Shown here: in pieces, positions 11,847 to 23,500 of the stretch | How positions within the stretch are numbered: position 1 is the stretch's first letter | Layout of the letters: each line of letters opens with the position of its first letter | Source: Azolla caroliniana | Lineage: Eukaryota > Plantae > Polypodiophyta | Direction of reading: 5' to 3' | Assembly (NCBI GenBank): GCA_043228905.1 | Contig: JBHGNT010000010.1 | Span: forward strand, 14,632,001-14,696,000 | Length of the DNA: 64,000 bases | Made by a program: the position numbers and the translations under genes | The notes under the pieces: model-generated | What the model saw: the letters and a program-made list of their open reading frames with translations, nothing else | Told to the model about the DNA's origin: nothing | Databases searched by the model: none

Positions 11847-14800
11847 TGTTGTCACCTGGCTGGACAAGCCGTTAACACAGGGTGTCCCTTTAGAACACTT
11901 CACCAAAGGGGTGGTACGGTAAGGAATGTGCAGACCGTGATAAAGGACCGATCCTTCCTGGTCACTATCCGGAATTATTAACTTGATACACGTGTATGAT
12001 AATCACATTAAGCACTGAATGGTATTAACAAGATACACAATACGTAAAGACACAACACCTCTCTATTAATTATCCGTCTCCACAACATCTCCGGATCCTT
12101 TTATAGGTATCCGATTGTGCTACAAACCGGTGCCAACCGGCAACCGGCTACGAACCAGTCTAGATCCGGATCGGCATACCGATTTCGGGTCCGTTTGTCC
12201 GATCTTATAATTATCATAATTTATCTAATTACAACTCCCAAAAACGACTCCCCTTTCATACTCCGGCCTAACTGGCCAACACATGGCACGCCCGTGAGAC
12301 AGTACATTGTACGTCGAACCCACGGTTAGCCCTTCATTCATCCTCCAAAATGTCCAGAATGTTCTGGTCCAGGGCCTCCAATGGTTCATCGGGTAGTTGC
12401 TCCATCTGGTGCTACTGTTGCTCCTCCGATTGTAGTTGTTGTTGGTCTTCGGCCTGCTCTTCGGCCTACTCTTCCTCTCCCGCTCTATCTGTATCCGGCT
12501 CTACTGGTCTCTGCACTTCTGGCTCCGGCTCCTCTGTCCTTGGCTCCTCCTACTACAACGGGGCTTTGTCTGGCTCCTCCGGTCTGACTTCTTCCGGTTG
12601 TTCTACTCGGGCTTCGTTTGGTTGGCCTCCTCCGGTCCCGACTACATTCGGTGGCTGCTCTGGAGATTGCTCTTCATCACTGATGTTAATTGCCGCCGAC
12701 ATTTGCGATGCTATCTGCTGTCTTCGAACAGAGGAACTATCCTTGGGTTTTCATCAAGGTGGCGATCTACCTCCTCATTGGCAAGCCCTTCCAGCATATT
12801 CACGCTTTCAACATATAACAGTGTTACTTCCTTGCCTGGGCCCACTTGAGGGTTAAGGGTTTTCCCCCTTCGAAATGTAATGTTGTTCTTCTGCCAGTTC
12901 TGTTTGATGTGGGCGGTCTGTAACCATGGTCGTCCCAGCAACAATGGGCATGCTCCCTGCACATTCAACTGGAGGACGACGACAGAAATCCAGAAGGCAT
13001 GGCCTCTGATTGTTACCTCCAAATCCCGAATCAATGCGGCTGGTCGTATTGAGCCGGTGTCCGCCATCTGGAGCCAAAACATGCATGGTTCCCATTCTTC
13101 GATTCCAAGAGTGTTGCATGTTTGGAGGCTAATTATGTTTACTCCCAATCCGCCATTGACGATCGTCCCCAGTACTTCCCGTCCTTTGATAATGGTGGTG
13201 ATTGCGGGACTGGTGGTATCGACCACTGCTGGCCCTTCCTCCGGATTTGGAAAGATTTTAACCCATCGGTGTGGGGTTTGGTGGGATCTTAACCCATCGG
13301 TGAATCGGGGCACCAATTGCAGTAACCGATCCAGTGGTAGCATGATCTAGCATTCCTGTAATGCCCGCCATGTGGGGTTATCCTATTGCGTCGTCTCTGT
13401 AGGTTCCTCCAATGCGTTCCTTTGCTCCTTCAGTTCGGTGACATTCTGTTCGTTTGCCTTTTCGATCCACTCCATAGTTTGTTTGCGGATAGCTTCATGA
13501 GCCTCCCATTCAGCCATCTTTCCCTTCGATCTAGTGGTGACTTGTTGGATGTCCGTCACTTCCATGACCACCATGTTGACTTCCAGTCGTTTGTCGTGAC
13601 TCTTTACCGGACATTGGTTGTTGCAGTGTCCCTCCTGGCGGCTATAGTAGCAATACGCCTTCCATGTATTGCTCGACTCTGTTTTTTGCATGTTACCCGG
13701 TTGAAATCTGAATACTACCTGCTTAGGCTCCTCTACTCTTCTTTGTTCCGTTTGAGCACTAGTTATGCTTTTGTCCGGCTCTCGTTGGTAATCCTTTGCC
13801 GGTTCCCGACGATCCTCTTTCCGAGCATTCCGTTTTTTATTATAGCGTTGGTTGTTCCGGTATCCTTGCCGGCGCCGGTCTTCATAGTCTTCTCGTTGAT
13901 CCTCTCTTCTCCGATCATAGTCGGGGGAGTAATCTCGATTATGACGATCACCGTTATAGTCGCGGCTTCTCTCGCTCCGGTCCTTGTCATAATCGTCCCA
14001 TCGGTCACTATATCGGACGTCTTGTACCGATCGGTAGCGATCGTCTCGCCGAAATCATTCTTCTTTGTCCTCCCAGTCATTTTTGGTCTCGATGTGCCGG
14101 ACTGGTGCAGCTTGCCGATTTAGCAAGTTGTACTCGCAGTGGTCCATTGTATGTGACCGAGAATGGCATAGCATGCACTGCGATCTCATCATGCACTCTA
14201 TTGTTGAGTGCCCGGGGTTAAGGCACGTTGTGCATTGGACCGCCTGGTAAAAGGATAGGTCCTCTTCAGTGGGGAGTGTTCTTTGGAGTGCTCCCATCGT
14301 CAACCATGAACTCGTTTTGTCCATTTCCATGACCCGGTCAATTACCTGGTCTATTGTGTTGGTCCAAAAATCTATGACCACACACACGGTTCGGAGAGGT
14401 TCCCAGAGTGCTGCCAAAAATACCACTTTCGCTTCAGCTTCTGGCGGTGATCTAATGAGTTGACTATGCATTGTCTAGAACCGGATAACGAACTGCTGAA
14501 TGGTTTCGGACGGGTCCTGTCGTGTCGTATAAAATTGGTTGACAATCTCTCTTTGATCCACCTGTTTGTGGAGAAGCGTAGAAATCTAGTCTTTAAATCC
14601 TCAAACGTGGCGATGCTGCCGGGAAGGTGCTTGGAGTGCCAACTTGCCGCGGATCCCTCCAAATTCAAGCTGAATTCCGCAATTTTTTATCATTCTACCT
14701 CTGCATCGTTCAATCATTCACCTCCCAAGATTGGAGAAACGTGTATCCATGGGCTTCCGTGTCTGGGTCATCCCGATACTTCGGATATTGGCACGACATT

Positions 14801-15402
14801 GTGTCGTCATCTTCTTGTGTTGCTGGGGCCGGTATTGGAACTCACTCCTCCTGTTTCGTCGGTGACTCAGGTTGTGGTGTTGGAACACGTTCCTCCTCTT
14901 GGTGTTCCGTGTCGGTCGTTTTGTTTGGAGCTTCTGGTTTCGTTGTCGCCGGCTCCGGTGTCGGTATGTGGTTCGACTCGTCGTCTTCTGGGGTATCGTG
15001 GCTACTATGATAATTCGATTGGACGCAGTGTTCGCCATCCAAATCCGATTCGATGGTTGAGAACGCTTCCGAACAGTCTTCTCTTGCAGCAAGTGTCTGC
15101 AGAATGGACTCCGCTTCCTATAGACTGCTCAGACTACTTCCTTCGTCCAGGTGGTGGTTCTGTTGCAATCGGAGTGACTCCTTCGCGACCCGGCGAATCA
15201 CTCTGGAAAAAGACCGATCCGACCAGAACTCCTCTGCCGGCTGCTGGTAAGCTTCCCGCTTCTGTAGTCTCTAGGCAAGTCTTCTCGCTCGCTCGGCTAC
15301 TGGGTCATTCGTTGGTCTATTCATCCATTCCCTCGTTGTTCACTGCACTTTTTGCAGGAATCGTGGTCGCCAAAACTATGTTGTCACCAGGCTGGACAAG
15401 CC
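11847..15402 (-). mobile_element. Element E: Gypsy-type gag-protease-only derivative with tRNA-Arg-like PBS; 5' LTR reduced to 24 bp
   Basis: TGTTGTCACC(T/A)GGCTGGACAAGCC at 11847 and 15379; PBS TGGCGACCACGA at 15361-15372; 3' LTR about 11847-12235. Confidence 0.75.
12711..14668 (-). pseudogene. E gag (CCHC knuckles) and aspartic protease
   Basis: CTTCLNPGHSTIEC, CYYSRQEGHCNNQCP; protease-like IVNGGLGVNII..LLLGRPWL. Confidence 0.8.
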
Positions 15403-15500
15403 ACCGTCATTGTTCTTAAGAATCTATTGATCAATAACCACTCACCTTCGTACTCGTCCTCGTTGAAGGTGTGGAGGGTTAGTGTGTCCTTGTCTTCTGC

Positions 15501-16260
15501 TATTGCGATGTTATGCACATGCGTGTAGAAAGGCGGGACCATGGGGGTCCTGGACTAGGGGGTGACGGAGCTCAGGAAGTCGTGCTTCACCCTTTTCGGG
15601 GCACCCTAGGAGCACACCGGAAGCAACCGAACGAGAGAGAGAAAGAGAGGGAGAAAGGGAGGGAGCGCGCGCTTGACACCGACTCACGCGCACACACACA
15701 CACACACACCGACCCGACTCACGTCCTTATGTGCAAGAACGCAGGAAAGGGGAAGCACCCGACACCAACAGAGACACGAGTATACACAGACAGACGCAAA
15801 AGTATGTATTACAAGGGAAAGAATACAACCCCGGCTTCAAGCCGGACCAAGCTAGGGTAGGTTACAACAGCAGTCTGCAGCCAAGCCGCAGTCCGGGGAG
15901 CTCTCGGGCTCGTCACGCAAAGCGGGGTCTTGCACAGGAGACCGAGCTGGAACAGCCCTCCACAGTCCACCCACACCGTGAAGAAGAGGAAGAAGAAGTA
16001 GAAGAACTAACCCTAAATCTAACGGTATACCCTCTAACACAAAATGGGCAACCCCTCTACAAGGGACCATCCCTTCCTTTTATAGAACAAGGAGAGGGAT
16101 GTGTTATAATGTGGGATAAATCCCGATTTACATGGGATTCTTCGTCCCGACTTGACTCTTATTATTCACACAATTACATGAGTGTGAGTGCACATGGTGC
16201 ACCCTGCCGATGTAGCCAATATTTCCCGGTTTCCGCCTCTAGACGAAATTCTTCACAACA
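15501..16260 (-). mobile_element. Solo LTR F, related to D LTRs, inserted in C pol
   Basis: TATTGCGATGTT (decayed TG end)..CTTCACAACA; flanks CTGC/CCGC; colinear with 29502-30214. Confidence 0.85.
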
Positions 16261-19021
16261 CCGCCAATAGTTGGGCCATCTTGAAGAAGTCGAGGGTGAC
16301 GGCTTCATCTTCCGAAACCATGTCACTTTCATTCTCATATTTCGCCCTCAACAGTGTGTTAACCATGGTGTTCTTCTTCCCTGCAATGTGGCGGATCTCT
16401 GGGCTTAAAGACTTGATATAGCCGATCCACCTTAGCATAGCTAGATCTGGTGTCGCACATCCTGAGATCATCCCGAGGATTGGGAGACAATCTGTCTCAA
16501 TTATCACTTCCGACCCGATCAAGTAGTCTTTGTCCATCTTCACTGCAAACACAATACCCCAAAGTTCTCGCTTGACTTGGGCGTATCTTTGTTGTCGTTC
16601 GCTAAGAACCTTTGCTCCAAACCGGATGGCATACCACGCATTATCTTCTCCTTCTTGGTTGATGACCCACCCGATTCCGGTTGGGCTGGTATCTACAATC
16701 ACATAAATCGGCTTTCCTTCGGTATAGTTGGCCTTCCTTAGTGATGGAGCTTAAAGAAGTAGTTTCTTCAATCTTCGCATCGCGTTTGTATGCTCGTCCC
16801 GCCATTCGAACTTCATTCTTTTCTTTAGCAATCCATATAATGGCTCGGCAACATGAGCGTAGTGCAGAATCCAGATATGATAAAATGTGCATGCTCCAAG
16901 GAACCTTCGAACCTCTATTTGGTTTATGCATTCTTCTTTCATGTCTTAGATTGCATTCACCTTGGATGGCAAAGGCTTTCAGCCATATGCTCCACATAAG
17001 TGACATACCACCAAGATCTCTGGTTGCCCGAATGCGGATTTTTCTCTTGAAAATGTCAATTTCGCATCTTCGAGCCTAGGGAGCACCTTCTCGCAATCTT
17101 TCATATGATCTACAACGAACTTTCTACACCCTTTCTTATTTTTTGATTCGTCTTTCTCCTCATCCGAACATCCTTTTATCGGAATATCATTCAAGAATGG
17201 CATCGTGATGTCCAGGATGCAATCCTTCAAAACCTTGTTCATGGCATTCACCATATGAGCCATTGAGTTCGTTGAACCTTGAGGTAAGGTACACATCCGC
17301 ACAAGCCCGATCGGAGTCCTCATAGTTGTAATGTCACAATTGTTGATCGCCAACTGGAATTGGTCGTATCTAGAGTAGAGATTGCCAATAGAGTAGATGG
17401 ACCGGCTTGCAAATGCTTCGGCAAATTCGTCCATGCTTGGACCGATTCAAACATTCCGAATTGTCACCTTGTTGACGGGTTGAAGAACTTGGATGAATTG
17501 CAATGATCCATTCTTCTTCGGCACCGTGAACCACCTATTGGAATAAGGAGCATTCGACAGTTCCACAATTCCCATATTCACCGGATCCTTTAAGAGCTCG
17601 ATCAGCTTCGGTAGGTGTGCTCTCGGAACCGGTATCGACTTGAGGTTCCAAGGTACATGAGGCACCGTAAATATCACCATCGGCTCTGTAATCTTTGGGT
17701 CGGCACATCTGATCTCTTGAGGGAAAAATGTGAAATCCTTCCCATGTCTTTCAAGCATTACACGGAACATTCGCTCCTCTTCAGGGAGGAGGAAATCCTC
17801 CCTTCCAACTCATAGCTTCCCTTTCGTCTCTTCGGTGAACACATGACCTATTGCCTTCGGATCCCTTAAGCTTGGATCATTAGCGACTTCCTTCATCTTT
17901 TGCCCGTTATCTTCTAGTAGTGGAGCCGCAACTGACTTGATCTTCCTATCCATCGTTTTATATTTTGTGTTGACTTCAGGTTCCTCCATCAAGATGCATC
18001 GATGGTATTCATCGATGATAGCATACATGTTGACGGAGTTAACTGAAATCACATGTTGATCGTGAAGATAGCTCAAATCCACAACTTCCTCGATTTCGCC
18101 GATGGTGTCGTTAAATGAGGATTCTTCCATAATATGAGTCACGAATTCTTCTTCTTCTATTATGTTTTCTTCTTTCAGCATCTTCTCGAAGTCTTGTATC
18201 CGACGCTTGTCCTTTTTGTTGGGTAGTACTAGTTTACATGTGCCAGTAGGTGTGACGCATGTTGCTTCTCCTTGCAATCCACACACTCTACTTTCTTGTG
18301 GAGACTTGTGATCACTCGGACTATTTGTGCCCCATTCTTCAATAGTCCGCTCTAAAAATCTAAGGATTCGCCTCCAAGGCTATCTCGATTTCTTTCATGA
18401 TTAGCTCGCACCGTTAGGAATTGAATAGATCTTTGACTATCAAGACTCTTGATTCGTGCGAAGGCTGCTCCAATATCAAACACCTTGGTCTCCATCCGGG
18501 ATGATGTGATATACAGTTGTTCTAGGATGACAGGATGCGAAGCCAATTCTTGCACGAAGAAGTGTTGATCCATCTCCACATCCCCAATCGTGACTTTAAC
18601 ATTGGGACATGCTCCATACAAGTCCTCTGTGGTCTTTGTTGCTGGTCAAATCTTCCATCCGTGGTTTGTGTTAATTGACCATCTCCCCTTTTTGTAGAAC
18701 TCGGTCGACATGGGGTTGATCTCCGAGCCATGGTCGATCAAGGCTACCACGGTCTCTTTCTTCTCCCCGATCTTCACCGGTGTCTCCGTTGTCACTCGTG
18801 CCCAATGAGGTCGAGTATAGTGGTTGTCCACCAAATCTTCATCGACTTCGTCCCTTGCCATCATTATGGCATTTGTTTTTGCTTTTAATGGCTTCTCTTC
18901 TTCCTCGTTTGACTATTGTCTTTTTCTCTTTACAAGGTCCACAATTGTATCATGGAACTCCTTCTTTGTAATGTCGAGCAATTCCCTCAAGGACAAGGTC
19001 ACGTGGCTGTCAAGAACACGT
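16261..19021 (-). pseudogene. C protease, RT and RNase H
   Basis: ALIDHGSEINPM (PR); APYSNRWFTVPKKNG, LPQGSTNS, PFLNDIPI (RT); VDTSPTGIGW, RELWGI, ETDCLP (RH). Confidence 0.92.
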
Positions 19022-19704
19022 TGTCGTGGAGAAAATCGTCCCTAGGCGGAATCGGAGAATGATGTGCACAAACTGGCCCTTAGACATGGGCACAAGTTTT
19101 GTTGTAATGTACATATTTAGGTACAAGTCGGCTGATGTGAATATCCTAGGTCGCATGGATTTGATAGGTAGGAAATCGAGGCATATCTCTATCCGAAAGG
19201 ACAGAGAATGAATATGATGTAACAAGTTGTAACGGCCTCCCTCCTTGGGCTATAAAAGAGACGGAGAGGAATTGTAAAAGGGGGATCGCTTTTTGTCCAG
19301 GACGAAGTGTTGTCAGACTGGGACCGAGCTCTTCTCCTCCGTCTTTCTCTGTATTTGCGCGATGCAGGTTTTTGAGAGGCTAACTCTGCTCTGCGGAACG
19401 CCCGAGTGCTTCCGGCAGAGTCTCCATCTCTCTCTTCTGTGTGCGTGTGCGTAGGCGTAGGAGATTTGTCGCTCACCGGCCTGTCGGTTGTAACCCCTTA
19501 TTCATCAGAATATATATATATACATATATGCATTCGTCTCGTTTCCGTTGTTGCATTCGATTGCAGTTTCTGTGTATCTGTGTGTGTGTGTGTGTGGAAG
19601 CACGATCGTTGTCTTTCTTGCTCCTACTCGTGATCGGTTATTCCTCGGTCCAAGTTCCCCGTGGTCCCGCTTCGTTCTATACGCACGCGCGTAACAACGC
19701 GACA
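19022..19704 (+). repeat. 5' LTR of G
   Basis: TGTCGTGG..CGCGACA; TATAAAAG at 19251. Confidence 0.92.
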
Positions 19705-19749
19705 TATTTGGTGAACCCGACATGAAAAGGCGGTAGAGGAATAGAAAAG

Positions 19750-19993
19750 ATGAGGGGAACAGAGCTTGCAAAAGCCATGGCTTCAGCTGTAGATCGATTA
19801 GTGAGTGCGCGTGAAGGCACAGGCATCCTCGATAGGGCTATTGAAGCAATTGTTGGCACGATAGGCTGGTTCGGTGGGAAGAATGCCATGAGCTATTTGG
19901 AGGCCTATCGGGCCGAAATGATCATGAGGGACATCCCGGAGGACAGATGGTTGTCCGGATTCCTTCGAGTGGTGACGCCGAGCATCCACGCGG
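19750..19993 (+). pseudogene. G gag N-terminus, continuing at 27740
   Basis: MRGTELAKAMA..VVTPSIHA continues as EVLEVLARC after H; homologous to H gag. Confidence 0.85.
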
Positions 19994-20586
19994 TGTCGCG
20001 AAGTTTCGCGCGTGCGTGTAGGAAGAGGCGGGACCACAGGGGTCTTGGACCAAGGAGAGAGTGAGAGAGAAAGAGAGAGTTGCAGACACACAGAAAGAAT
20101 AGAAGATCAAGAAACAGGAATCTGATTACTATAATCAGTAGCTTACCACTCGAACGGTTACAACCGGCAAACCGGTAATGGACCTGACACAGGGTCCTAC
20201 TCACGCACACAGACGACAACCACTTGACTCAAAGAGACTAAAAGGGGGAGAGCCTCTGCTGGAAGCACACGGGCTGTCCACGAAGCAGAGGCAGCGAACT
20301 CCCAACACCCACAAAGAACAACGATTAGAGGAGAAGACAGAGCTCGGGACTCCGTTCTGCAACATCACCCCCTCCTCCCCAACGCGCGATACCCCTTCCT
20401 CCTTCTCTCCCTCCTTAAATAGTTTATTCCCTGTCCCTTTTGACAGAGATGTGCACGAATTCCCTAATAAATGTGTACTACCTAGCATTTACATTAGCCA
20501 GCCTAATTATGAATTATGTACAAAATATCAATTCTCGTGTCCACCCATGTAAGAGCCGGTTCATGCGCCTTTTTCTCCGATTCCGC

Positions 20587-23500
20587 CTATAGGCCGGTTT
20601 TCTTCACGACATCCACCCCCACCAAACCGCGCATCCACTGGCATGCGCCAGAGACGGGTAGATACCAAAGAAAACCGGCTTCACTCGTCGCTCTCCGCTT
20701 CTTCCCGGGCCCCAACTGATCTTCGTCGTCGCTCTCGCTCGCCGGCTCCGGCTCGTCTTCGAACCGCTTCTTGAACGCTTTGATCCACTTCCCGACCACC
20801 GATACCGCTAACCGTGTCCCGTTGAGTTCCGCGAGGTGGTACGTGCCGTTGTCGTTCGCGATCGTCACCGTGTAGGGCCCGAACCATCTCCTCGCGAACT
20901 TTCGCACCGCCTTGTGCTGATTGTCGAGGTTGCTATCGTACACCAAGACCCAGTCGCCTTCCTTGATCTTCTTTGGTCGCAACCGGTGCGTCCGGTTGAA
21001 CCAGGTCTTGTTCCACTCCCTTGCCGCCCGTAGCTTTTCCTTCGCCCTTTTTATGTCCTCCGGCCTCCGCTCTAGTTGCTGAATCCATGCCGCCAGCAAC
21101 TCCTCCCGGCTCATCTCGTCCTTCCAATCTACCGCAGCCCACGAAGAAACCGTCCATTCCACCGGCATGATCAGCTTCTGTCCATACATCAGCTCTACCG
21201 GCATAAACCCTATCACCGAACTGTGCGTAGTTCGGTCCGCCCATAGTGCGTAAGGAAGGAGTCGTGGCCAATTCCCGACCTGCCCTCCTTTACGATCGGC
21301 CCGTGCCCACGTTCTACCTTCCCGTTCGCCTCCGGATTGTACACCGTAGTGAGGGAGAGTTTGACCCCTAGCCGGTCGAACAGCTCCTCAGCTTCCCGCG
21401 CATCCAGCTCTCCCCGGTCCGCCACGATCTTCCCGATGCACCCGTACCGACACACTACGTCTTCGGTCAAGAACCGGCATACCACCGCGGTTGTCTTGTT
21501 CTGCAATGCACGGCCTTCCACCTACTTCGTTAAATATTCTTGCGCAAGCACGAGGTATCGCATCTATCCTACTCCCATCGACATCGTCACCAAGTCCACC
21601 ATCCACTTGAAATGGACTCTAGGCAGGTAGGTCGGGTGTAGCTCGTCCCGATGTCGGACTATGGAGTGCATCTGACAACTTTCGCAAGTCGTTACGAACC
21701 GATGCACGTCCCAGTACAGCCCCGGCCACCAGTACTTCTCTTTCAGCTTCTCAAACGTGGCCCACGTTCTGCGGTGCCCGGTCCAAGGACTCTCGTGAAA
21801 TGCCGCCAGTAATTCTTCCTGTTCTTCTTCCTCCGCCACTACTCGGAGCGGGATGTCGTTTCTTTTCTTTGGGTGCCTCCATATGCACCCGTCCCGTAGG
21901 AAGAATCGGTACGCCTTCTTCCGTACCCGGCTCGCCTCTTCCCTCGTCCACGCTGCGTCCGGCGTCATCACCCGTAGGAACTTCCCGATTTGGAGCCACT
22001 CCCCGTCGTACCTGCTTTCGTCAAATTCGTTAAGCGCCGGAGTGTCCCCTTTCCTCGTCGTCACGTTAGCCGACCCGAAGAAGTCCTCGCCGACTTCTTC
22101 GTCATCCAAAACAATGCCATCTTCGTCGTTAAACCTCGCTCTCGAAAGCATGTCGGCCATGGCGTTATCCTTTCCGGAGATGTGCCGTATCTCTGGGTTC
22201 AGGGACTTAATGTACGCTATCCACCGGAGCATTGCTAGGTCCGGCGTCACGCATCCGGAAACCATGCCGAGTATCGGCATGCAGTCCGTCTCGATGATCA
22301 CTTCTGTCCCGATCAGATAGTCCTTGTCGGCCTTGATTGCTAAAATGATACCCCAAAGCTCGCGCTTAACTTGGGCGTATCCCCACTGCCGCTCGCTCAA
22401 TACCTTCACCCCGAACCGGATCGGGAACGGTACACCGTCCTTGTCCTCATGACTGATCACCCACCCAATCCCAGTTGGGCTCGTGCCCACCGTCACGTAG
22501 ATGGGGACTCCCTTGCCGTAAGCCGATTTACGGAGAACTGGTGCTACCGTAAGCGCCTCCTTTAGTCTCCGGACCGACTCCGTGTGCTCCGTCCTCCACT
22601 CGAACCTACGCCCTTTCTTCAATAGCCCGTAGAGCGGCTCCGCAACATGCGCGTAGTGCGCAATCCAGATGTGGTAGAACGTGCACGCCCCCAAGAATCT
22701 GCGGACCTCCGTAACCGGCCCGCAGTCGTCCTTCATCGTAGAGATGGCTTCTACCTTTGCCACAGACGATTTCCTACCATAAGGCCCGCACAGGTGTCCG
22801 ACCACCAAGATCTCCGGCTACCCAAACGCCGATTTTTCTCCGGAGAAGGTGAGTCGTGCGCTCTCGAGCCTTTGCAGCACCTTCTCGCAGTCGTTTATGT
22901 GGTTCACGACGAACCTCCGGCATCCGTCCGGCCCGATAGTCTCGTCCACATCTTCCACCGGACACCCCTTTATCGGGATGTCGTCCAAGAATGGCATGGT
23001 GATGTCCGGGATGCAGTCCCTCGGCACCTTGTTCATTGCGTTCACCATATGCGCCACCAAATTCGTCCCGCCTTGTGCTAGGGTACACATCCGTACTAGG
23101 CCAAGAGGAGTTCGCATCGTCGTGATATCCCTGCTCTCCACGGCTAGCTGGAACTGGTCGTACCCCGAGTATAAGTCACCGACCGAATAGATCGACCTTC
23201 CAGTGAAGGCCTCCGCGAACTCGTCTATGGTCGGCTAGCTGGAGAGGAGTTCGCATCGTCGTGATATCCCTGCTCTCCACGGCTAGCTGGAACTGGTCGT
23301 ACCCCGAGTATAAGTCACCGACCGAATAGATCGACCTTCCAGCGAAGGCCTCCGCGAACTCGTCTATGGTCGGTCTGATTCCTGCATTCCGGATGGTCAC
23401 CCTATTGATCGGTTGCAGGTCTTGAATGAATCGCAACGTGCCGTTCTTCTTCGGCACCGTAAACCACCGATTCGAATATGGGGCACTCGACGGTTCAAGG

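Noticed and set aside
13386-15419. Long hydrophobic plus-strand ORFs (245 and 319 aa), possible env-like genes
   Set aside because: Antisense shadows of purine-rich gag/leader sequence of E; no recognisable domain
19655-19680. GTGGTCCCGCC resembles the HDV ribozyme 5' part
   Set aside because: No downstream GGGAC partner for P2 and no P1 pairing; better explained by the U5-leader stem
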